A stretch of DNA of 64,000 nucleotides, from assembly GCA_032718475.1 (NCBI GenBank), contig JAUCBJ010003225.1:32801-96800 (forward strand), in the 5' to 3' direction. The DNA comes from Nemertoderma westbladi. Its lineage: Eukaryota; Animalia; Xenacoelomorpha. Position numbers and translations under genes: made by a program. Below, one piece after another: positions 54,591 to 64,000 of this stretch. Below the pieces are notes generated by a model. That model was not told the origin of the DNA. It did not search any database and saw nothing but the letters and a program-made list of their open reading frames with translations. Every line of letters starts with the position of its first letter. Within the stretch, counting starts at the first letter, position 1.

Positions 54591-55615
54591 ACGGTACACC
54601 GCGCGGTGTATCGCAGGGCCAGCGGTACACCGCTGACTGTGAACGACACAACAGGTAGTTGTGTGCTAAACCGCGCGGTTTACCGCAGCCCCTTTAAACA
54701 ATGTTAAAACAATTAATGTAATTTCCTGTTTAATTCACAGTCTACAGATAGACAATCAGTTACCGCAAGGGTACCGTTGGGTGTGAACGGGTACCGGGTA
54801 GTGTACCGCTGGCTTACCGCTTCAATACCGCCAGACTACTTTACCGCTCACGCACCGTTGGATGTGAATATAAATGCTGAGATGGGATTCACGTCATTGA
54901 ATTTTTGCTCCGGGTGGGTAAAGTTTTGATCGCAAAAGACAGAATGGTTACAAGGTTTCACAAAAAAGCCATTGTGGGTGCAAAATGCAGATTGCTCCAC
55001 TGGCTAGAACAGGCCTCTTTCTTATTAGGTGGTGCGAAATTCAAATTATAATAATAGCATTAATAACAGTAGTCACAGTCAGTCAGTCAAATTTGGCACC
55101 CGGTAGGAAAAGTTTTTATTGCACAAGACACAATGGCTACAAGGTTTTACCAATTAAGACATTGGATGTGCTAAATGCAGATAGCACCACTGGCTTCAAA
55201 AGAGACCTCTTATAAGTGGTGGGAAATACCAATTGTAATATGAGCAGTATTACAGTATCAGTCAGACACTCAGTCATCAACCTGCAATAGCCATCTTCTT
55301 TCAGTATTGTAGTAGTCTAATTGTAATTTTCTCTGTGGGACTCCTGGATTCCAGGATTCTAATTTGTTTGTAAACCCAAACTGCCTTACCCTGTAGTATG
55401 AAGGTATATAGTATGCAGGTACCAATATAGGTATACACACATATAGGCCTAACATTTTATATCTGATAGGCCAATTCATGTAAAGTAGCAATCTAGCTGT
55501 GCCTACCAAATTGCCTATTATTTTGCTATGCTTTATACCATTTGACTGTTGGAGGTGCTTTATAACATTATCTTACTGGGTTGGACTAGGCCTTCAGATA
55601 ATAGGAGAAATCAAT

Positions 55616-58244
55616 ATGCATAGGAAGATAACTAAAGTTAAATTTCGTGGCAATCAGCATTTGAGTTCAACCCGGGAAAATATATCTAAATCAAATCCCA
55701 GGTGTGTCTCAGCATCGAAGCAGAAACTGGTTGTAGATTCACTTCAAGATGATCTTCTAGGGAACACTGATTTATCCGGAAATGCAATAATAAACCTCAA
55801 ATTACTGGCAGATGCAATAACTGAAGGTGCAGTATGCATTACCTGCCATGGTGAACTTAATCTAGAATGTTATCCAATAGAAGGTCCTTCAGTGCGTCTT
55901 GTAATGGTTTGTGAGTCTTGCGATGCCGAGAATGAGTTCTATTCTTCACCAAAAGTAGATCACCATCGAGGAAATCCTGACAATTACCTAACTGATCTAG
56001 ACTTTGCTGATGACTTAGGAGTACTCTCAGAATCACTAGAGGGAGCCCAACGGCTCCTCAGCTCATTAGAACATGCTGCTTCTAGTGTTGGTCTTTTTAT
56101 TAACTCCAGAAAGACCAAAATTTTGACAGTTAACTTTGAAAGTCCTCAGCAAGTCTCTGATCGGATGAGCATAAGCTCAAAAGATGGTATGCTTGAGCAT
56201 GTGGATGACTTCTGTTACCTGGGATCATGGATCCGGAAGTCAGGTGAGGACCTTCGAATACGTAAGGGAAAGGCATGGCCAGCCTTGAATAGACTTTCCA
56301 GGATTTGGAAGTCACTGAGAATTAATCGGAAACTTAAGGTCCGGTTATTTAGAGCAGCAGTAGTTCCAGTACTCCTCTATGGGAGTCCATGCTGGGCTCT
56401 AACTGCTGAGGACACCAAATCTCTGGATGGCACATTCACAAGAATGCTACGCCGGGTTCATTGTGTCAAGTTCAATGCACACATCTCCAACCAGACACTA
56501 TATAACATTGGAGGTTTCTCATTGGTTCCCCCAAGCTTGACACTAGAACAAAATCGCCTCCGCTTTGCAGGACATTGCTTTCGCCGTGAGGACCAGCCAG
56601 TGCATAATCTTGTACTTTGGCAACCTCATGGAGTGAATAAGCATGGTGGACAGCCCATGACTTTCTTGAGACGCATCTTAAAGGACACTGGCCTTGAAGA
56701 TGCGGATGATCTAGCAAATGTCATGGGTGATAGGGAGTTATGGCGGTGCAATTTTGTCGATAAGCCGGCACAGCATTCTTAAAAATGCAGCTGCAATGCA
56801 GCATGCCGATCCTAGTAGTAGTAGTGAGTCTTGCGATGCCGAGAATGGGTTCTATTCTTCACCAAAAGTAGATCACCATCATAAGAGACGACAGTTCGAT
56901 ATCAATCTTAGATCTATATATGGCTTTCGCTCAATAGGAGTTGGAAAGGTTAAGGGTGATACATTCTTGTCAATTATGGATTTACTGTCAACTGTCACAA
57001 AGTTCTTCCACACCCAAAAGAAGGCAATACTACCTGCAGTTCAACTATGTGCTGAAGCCTCCATGAATCGGGCTGCAGCAGAGTCTATAACTGCCAACAA
57101 AGAAGCCACAGTCATGACAGATATACCAATTAGTATTGACGGATCGTGGCAGAAGAGAGGTCATACTTCCCTCAATGGCATTGTCAGTGTTATTGGTATT
57201 GATAATGGAAAGGTTAAATGATTGCGAATGTCTTAGCAAGCATTGTCATTGGTGTTCCTCAGTAAAGAACCCAAGTGTTGCTGCTAAAGCTGCTCATAGT
57301 ACACACTGTCCAAAAAACTATGAGGATACCAGTGGGGGCATGGAAGCAGCGGGAGCTATAGCAATATATAGTCGTTCAATGGCAGATCTTGGTGTTAGGT
57401 ATACCAAATATATCGGAGATGGTGATAGTTCAAGTTTCAAAACTGTTGTAAACTCATCTCCTTATGGCAGTGATGTGTCCATTGAAAAACTGGGGTGTGT
57501 TGGACATGTCCAGAAGAGAATGGGTACCAGGCTACGTGACTTGAAGTCATCATACAAAGGAAGGAAGCTCTGTGATAAGAAGACCATAGGTGGTTTAGGA
57601 CGTTTGACTGATGGTTGGATCAAGTAACTGCAGTTCTATTATGGAAGAGCTATACGGGAGAATTGCATTTCAGTCGATAACATGAGAAAAGCTGTATGGG
57701 CCACCTACTTCCATGAATTATCCACTGATAAACATCCTCAACATCATCCTCATCACCATGAGGGGAATCCTCATGGTGTCACTATAATCGAAGCATTCAC
57801 TTTAAAACCGATTATTCACATAAGAATCCAATCCCAGATGCAATAGGAGCTCTCATCAAACCAATCTATAGAGACCTCAGCCATCCTGATTTGCTGAGGA
57901 GATGTCTTCATGGAAAGACACAGAACGTAAACGAGAGTTTTAATAATGTGATGTGGTCTCGATGCCCGAAGCGAATATTTGTTGGACGAGTTGTTCTGGC
58001 TATCTCATTGTTTGATTCAGTATTGACATTCAATGATGGGGCAATATCAAGAATAGGAGTTCTTCAGGAGATGGGTTGCACTATTGGTAGCCACTGTAGA
58101 AGAGGTCTCAGTGATGTAGATCATCTTCGGGTCCGTTGTGCAGAGAGAGCACAGAAGGCAATCGAAGAGGTTACATGTAAGCAGAGCAGGAAAAATAAAC
58201 TGGTTGGAAACCCTGGCACTGAGTATGGTGCAGGAAAGTTCTAG
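55616..58244 (+). pseudogene. Kolobok-type ('Mutator-like' domain) DDE transposase, disrupted
   Basis: FRGNQH, CxxC..CxxC, DGSWQKRGHTSLNG, SGGMEAAGA, YIGDGDSS, CVGHVQKRMGTRLR, CLHGKTQNVNESFN. Broken by the LINE insertion, a frameshift at ~57218, a stop at 57625 and a frameshift at ~57750. Confidence 0.85.
55968..56823 (+). mobile_element. 5'-truncated RTE LINE with 57-bp TSD
   Basis: YLTDLDFADDL...FCYLGS...RLRFAGHC and (TAG)n tail; TSD 55911-55967 / 56824-56880 with one mismatch. Confidence 0.95.
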
Positions 58245-58726
58245 ACACTTAACTGTGAAAGGTACTATACTTGTAACTGACATAAAATTGATGTTAGGGC
58301 TCAATAAATATATCAATTACATTTAATTGTTTCAATAAAACTTTAAGCGCGATTTATTCGCATTGCCATTTGTCATCTTTGGGTACACTTTTATCCATAA
58401 TGCCTTGGTGAAATTGAATTGATGAAAACTTTGCAGATAGATCAGTTAGGACTCATAGAAGATAATCATGCTCGCATAAGTCTTGATCAATACCCATTCA
58501 CAAATTATAAGGTCTCAATTGCTCTCCGGAAACCATTTTTTGACATACATCCATATTTTCCATATTATCTAACGAACACTTCAAAATCTTTTGACAAAAG
58601 AGCATAATTTTATTCCACTTGGGCATCTTAACAAGGCAATTCACCTATGTGAACCTGAGAAAAGTGTACCTTGGTTACAAAGGAAAATGTATGGCGCGGA
58701 CAAAGAAAGGTGACGTCTCCCCTTAA

Positions 58727-58825
58727 ATCGAGCAATAATATCAAACAAAATAATTAAGTAGAAGAACATTATTTAAAACGACCAATAATATCCATCGAAA
58801 TAATTCAGCATGGCAAAAATCATTT
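58727..58825 (-). repeat. Inverted, unamplified copy of the satellite proto-monomers
   Basis: Reverse complement (AAATGATTTTTGCCATGCTGAATTATTTCGATGGATATTATTGGTCGTTTTAAATAATG) matches 39645-39704. Confidence 0.8.
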
Positions 58826-60437
58826 GTACCGGTACCTACCTGCCTACTCCTGCACTGGAATATAAAGAGCTGGGTCCTGGTTAAGTACCTACCCTGGTAG
58901 GTGCCGGTAGCTGTCCCGGTGCTACCACACTTAACTTAGGCCTACTACTGTACTTTATTTATTAGTTGTCGGCTTAGGCTAGGCCTGATCTGATAAGAAA
59001 TGAATACCCTATTTAATTTCGCGACATTTTTATTCAATAATTTCGGGAATTTTCTTATAGAAAAGCAACGCGTAGGTAATTTTATCTAAAATTTGGTACC
59101 CGGTGTTATTTTTTTGTGCTCTTTCTATTTCCAACTGTGTTCGATTGTGTTCGGCATTTGTTCGCGCTTTCAGACCTTTGGCAGTTTAACCCGCCAAATT
59201 AGGATGTCTTTTAGATAATAAATCACTTTTAGCCTCTGACAAGTATTTGATTCACTACACTAGTCGAAACCAATCGGTGCGCGATCATTCACCCGCTGGA
59301 TATACCCGGGAGATTGGGTTCGACGGCTTAATCTTATTGCTATGTAAGCCTAATGTATTATTCGACTGACAGTATTATATAATCTCTGACAATATTATTC
59401 ACCTTCGGGGAATATTAACAGTTCCTTTAGGACGTGGCGCTCTATCTATATAAACAGAGTTATGACTTAAACTACTCACAACGATATGGCTTAGTTATAA
59501 TTCACATATATGGTGCATTCTTTAGGAAATGCTTCGTTATCAGTCTCACTCATACACAATGCTGCACAATACTGCACACTAATCTGCCGATCTTCACTGA
59601 TTTTAGTCACATATAAAAGGAACACAGACCGACTCATGTAGGGTCTATCAAATAACATTAGATTCACTTCAAACCACTTTAACATAAGTCACAATCGTTA
59701 TATGTAACCTTTCTCTCTTACCTTCGGTATATCAAGAATATTGGGTTTCGGGGTTATTTCTCGTTATTCCAAATATAATAATTCATCAACCATATTATGA
59801 AGGCCCGACAGTAAATAGCAGTATAACAATATAAAGTATGCACAGTGTTACACAGTATGCAGTGTCAGTAAGATATTAAATCAGATAACGGATATATGTC
59901 CTTATAATTAAGCCTACTAGTGTTAGGCTAAAACAGAAAAGCACAAAATATTCCCAAGCCGCTCTCTCCTGGCTCAGGACAGAATGTAAACACTGCCCAT
60001 AACGCATTGCGTGATTTCTAGGAAATTTCTGTACAAGAGCCATAAAAATGCTCTGATTGGCTGACTGAACTGAGAGATGCCGTAGAACAAAGAAAATCGA
60101 CACGTATGAATATCAGCTGTTAACCGTCGTCATAGTAACTACTGTTCAAGAGTAGCTATCACCTTTTGCGTCACGGAATTGCCATAGAATCATCAACTAT
60201 GCCTTTCACAGTACACATACGGAGGAAATAGCTCTTAGATCCTCTAAAAAACACCGATACAGCAATAATACGGTCTCTTACACCTATTAAATCAACTACA
60301 GAGTATTTTAATGTAAAAGATAATAAAAATAACGGGGCAATTCAGCAAAGGCTTTTACACCGCTCCCAGAAAATGGGATTTTCAGTCTATAAAATATAAA
60401 AATCACAGTTTCTAAAACCTAAAGATACTCTAAACAG

Positions 60438-61289
60438 TTAGTCTTTCTTACGCGGACGGCGTTTACGCAGTTTCTTGAGGCTAGCAAGAGTCCTTTTCTC
60501 TTTGGGGCGAGCCACTTTACGAGGAGGGCTGTAGCTCCTAGGCGAAGGGTGCAATACAATTGCATCAGAAGGTGTAGGGTTACGATCGGTATACCCGCCG
60601 GTCGAAGTACCTGGTTGATTAATATCAACCTCGGGGGAGCGAGGTCTAACGGCCTTGAGAGCGCGTCTCAGGACAGCAGCTCCTACTGGTCCTTGACGGG
60701 TCGTCTGGACACTAGCGGTGGGTGGACCGTGAGTGGTGAGGAACTTTCTCGGTTTAATGGTTCCTTCCAGCTCGCGTTCTCGGGTTCGATATTCATATGG
60801 TCGCCGAGATACTTCCTGTAGTTCAGGATGCAAGTTCACAAAGATGTCGCCATACTCAGGGTCCTGACGGATAAAATTGATCAGGTGATATGTGGTTATA
60901 TCATTAGGGTTAACGTTTCTAAGGTATTTTCTGACAAACTTGGTGGAAATACACTCACCAACACGCTTCATTAACTCGTAACTTGGTACGCGTGTTTTCT
61001 GTTCAATCGACGCGAATAGATAAGGATGGAACGCGTAAACTCCCTCGTAAGCTCGTCCAGGGTAATAGCGATGTCGGGATTCGCAATGTAAATCCGCGTT
61101 CGCTTCCCAAGCTCGGATGTATCGCAGGGTGATCATCTCGTCTACGCTCTCTAAATCGCGATTAAAGGGACAATTGTAACTTTCATGTCCTTTAAGTTGA
61201 CAGTAGTGACATTGAGTCATAAATTGTGGGCAGACGGCAAAAATATGAGAGTTATTAAGCCGGCAATAAGCACAATATATTTCCATCAT
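60438..61289 (-). CDS. Intact 283-aa accessory ORF with two CCHC zinc knuckles and a basic NLS-like C-terminus
   Basis: CAYCRLNNSHIFAVC and CHYCQLKGHESYNC; ends ...RPKEKRTLASLKKLRKRRPRKKD* just upstream of the PPT. Confidence 0.75.
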   Translation of the reverse strand: MMEIYCAYCRLNNSHIFAVCPQFMTQCHYCQLKGHESYNCPFNRDLESVDEMITLRYIRAWEANADLHCESRHRYYPGRAYEGVYAFHPYLFASIEQKTRVPSYELMKRVGECISTKFVRKYLRNVNPNDITTYHLINFIRQDPEYGDIFVNLHPELQEVSRRPYEYRTRERELEGTIKPRKFLTTHGPPTASVQTTRQGPVGAAVLRRALKAVRPRSPEVDINQPGTSTGGYTDRNPTPSDAIVLHPSPRSYSPPRKVARPKEKRTLASLKKLRKRRPRKKD

Positions 61290-63451
61290 CGGTTGTTCGA
61301 GGAAATAGGAACAAGGTACGCTCGAGTCTAGAGGGGTGAAGTGGTCTCTCGATGCGCATAATCGACAACGTTTTCGAGAAACGTTGTAAGGGTCCAGTAG
61401 TATACCGCTTACCAGATCCTAGTAACGATGTATCTTACTATGAGACTCTAGTAATGTATACGGGCTCGTACAGTATCTGACAACAAATCCCAGTCCAGGA
61501 TATCTAAACAAGCAGATACAATACACAAACGACTACTGGCGAGGAACAGAGCCTTGTATCTATTCTATGTACGTGAGCGGGTCTAATGCCTACGTACTAG
61601 ACAGAAGGATACCTGTCCTCTAACCGGTGAGGCAGATGTACAGTTACAGTAACAGACCAAACTCACGGGAAAACAATCCCCGCGCAGGGAATCCTAACTA
61701 TCACTGACAGTCCTAAATACAGTAACTTGCCGCGGTGTGATTTATATGGGTTATATACGAACTAGGTGGTTAACAGACCTAGTGTAACAATGCTGATTAC
61801 CCCTGTCTAAATCAGCCTAAAAGGTCGTGCCTAAATGTAACGATAACTGATCCCCCTGTACGAAATCAGTCTAAAGGGTCAGGCCTAAATGTAACAATAA
61901 CTGCTGGATAGAAATCAACAGTTTAATAACGAAAGTGAAATACTCCTTATCGCCGCAACTAAATCAGATCCTAATTTTACAAATACAGATAATTTCCACC
62001 TAAAGTAATGTATAGTGCGCTATAGCTAGTAGAACTTTAAGGGCAATATGTTTTAGGGCGTGTGTGTGTGGGTGTGTTACAAATAAAACAATTTCGTGTA
62101 ATTCCTTTTACTAGGTTTTAGTGATTTTCTGACTAAATGATACCGTGCGCTAGCTACTAAAATAAACTAGTCGCGTTCCTAGAACTTTATACTCACGAAT
62201 GACGTCAAAGCTCTCTCCTTCCTATCCACAACCCAATGGGCAACCACAGTGTTAGTAACTACACCCGTGATCGGCACTAATACCAGATTCTGGTTGTAAG
62301 ATAAGAATAGGGGTTAATCGCTACCGTACGTTAGCTGATCTGGTATACTAATTTAATTCTAGAACTTTGTTGCTGCGGTAGTTAGCAGCAATACCTATCA
62401 GTACGTGGCAAGGCGCGGTAGGATATTAATAAACCTCCCTAGGCCAAGCAGTGTGCCGGTAGCAGAAATGCTCCTTGCCTGATCAAATAGCTAACTCCAG
62501 GCAGGGGGGGGGGGGGTACTAATGTACGTTCTACAAAGCGAACCGGTACCAAACAGTCAGTGCTATGAATCACTAAATTATGGAACATATGCTGTCCGTA
62601 CCTAATATGTACTCGCGTACTGACGAATGGCAATAGTTCGCACCTGTAGGAAGTACAGGTTAACCCAGGGGTTCGTAGGACTGACAAAGGGGGGGGGGGG
62701 TGTCTGGATATAATTATTTGATCCTAAATTTGCGGCGTCCAGTACGGTGTCACGCTTACCCTGATCTATAGGTCTTACGGCGGGCAAGGGCGTCGAACAA
62801 AGTCTTACCTTCTCACAAAGCGGGCGCTGCATAGCAAGTGGAGTATTTCGAAGGGGCAAAGGGGGTGCGCGGTCAATCCAATGTGGGTGCTAGCGTGTTG
62901 TGGACATCTCTTCCCTGCGTTGCTTACGGCCTAACGGTCTAGGCTGCCATCTCCCTGATGTTTGGCTGTCCCAAAGTTGGACCAAAAGAAAACATGTCAG
63001 GAATTTGCAGTATATTTACAGTTTTACAAAGGGATTTATCAAATAAAGTTTCAACAAGAAACCGAAATAAACTAATAACAATTTAGGAATTTGCAAGAGT
63101 AAGGTGGCGTTATACATAGTATAAGGTGGTAATAACGTGATAACCGAAGGCAAACCGGCCTTTTATACTAGAAATTGCACATGGAAACTAAACAGAATTT
63201 TCCACAGCTTCACATTTGAGCATTAAAGTGCTTCGTGCCCTATGATTGGCCCAGCTCATCGTTCAACGCAGTCCGGCCCTTACACTAATCTGGGACATGG
63301 AATCCTAACAGAATTTTCCACTGCCTCACATTTGAGCAATAAGATAATTTATGCCCTATGATTGGCCTGGCTCATCATTCGCTACGCTGTACGCTTCTCA
63401 TTGGCCTACCAATTAGCACCACACGAAAATAAATGGCCCCAAAATACAAAT

Positions 63452-63528
63452 TTCCCGACTGGGATTCGAACTCGTAACCTATGTAATGTAACCAACGCCT
63501 TAACCATCTGACCACTACGCCACGAGAG
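63452..63528 (-). other. tRNA-like Pol III A/B-box unit (pseudo-tRNA or SINE head)
   Basis: Minus strand TGGCGTAGTGGTCAGATGG...GAGTTCGAATCCC, with TTTT shortly downstream; no proper cloverleaf. Confidence 0.55.
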
Positions 63529-64000
63529 TACCTAAGGGTTTTATGTGTACAAATATGAATAGGCATATTACATTACTGTAGCTCAATCAAAATACGTCGG
63601 ATTTTCGAAAGTTTTTACGTTAAAGTTAAACTACAAATGCTATCTTATAGTGAAATAATTCATCACCGCTCCATGAAAACAGTAAGTAAGGCTGTTTTCA
63701 CCAATCGAAATATAAAATATTTACAAACTATTTCTAAATTTACTGGTAGGGCCTAAAATATAAAATATAATCACTATCTAATTATTGCATACTTAATATT
63801 GCAGATACGGCATAAATACAATCGATCGTACATACAAATACAAATTTACGAATTAACTTTAGTGCCTAAAATACAAAAAAGGCTTTCGGTTATCAAGATA
63901 AACAAATTAAACAAATCAGAACAAATAAATCAAACAAATCAAACAAATAAATCAAACTCTTTCGATAAATCTTTATATATTGTAAATATACATAATAAAC

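Larger units (their letters stand above)
54880..58722 (+). mobile_element. Kolobok-type DNA transposon, left end not found
   Basis: Right end GGTGACGTCTCCCC followed by TTAA (58723-58726); duplicated sub-terminal blocks at ~54900-55005 and ~55090-55195; internal transposase. Confidence 0.7.
59159..64000 (-). mobile_element. 3' part of a second member of the same LTR family (3' LTR 59159-60359, PPT, accessory ORF), probably continuing past the window
   Basis: LTR homologous to the other two; 60360-60605 matches 27571-27815. Extent beyond ~61400 is inferred. Confidence 0.8.

Noticed and set aside
55499-56782. 427-aa ORF as a genuine gene
   Set aside because: Chimera of a transposase N-terminus and an inserted LINE, bounded by a 57-bp TSD.
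62688-62705. G-run followed by TGT as a plus-strand PPT/LTR start
   Set aside because: No partner LTR or coding region in the window; G/C homopolymers are common throughout.
63452-63528. Functional tRNA gene or element-encoded primer
   Set aside because: Acceptor and anticodon stems do not form, and it is not complementary to the PBS-position sequence.

Overview
AT-rich eukaryotic genomic DNA, most likely an invertebrate (arthropod-like). Host genes: the last four coding exons (TM5, TM6, TM7, C-tail) of an RYamide/luqin-receptor-like class A GPCR on + (4614-22653), with an intact single-exon GH20 beta-N-acetylhexosaminidase (15870-17786) nested on the same strand inside its 14.8-kb TM5-TM6 intron. 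The rest is layered mobile DNA. There are several RTE-clade LINE copies with (TAG)n tails, tRNA-headed SINEs and MITE/foldback elements. An old RTE copy is split by an IS3EU-type TIR element (6-bp TSD), which itself holds a young RTE copy and an 11.4-kb pol-less BEL/Pao LTR element (5-bp TSD). A ~14.7-kb satellite apparently grown from one arm of a foldback element is followed by a decayed Kolobok-type transposase interrupted by an RTE copy with a 57-bp TSD, and by the 3' part of a second member of the same LTR family. The most striking observations concern this BEL/Pao family. It has no tRNA-type PBS; instead the sequence abutting the 5' LTR is complementary (12/12, extending to 17/19) to a motif inside its own LTR, suggesting Tf1-like self-priming. 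Its two LTRs are mosaic. The two family members carry different accessory ORFs fused to a shared basic C-terminal module. All identifications were made by eye, without database searches.
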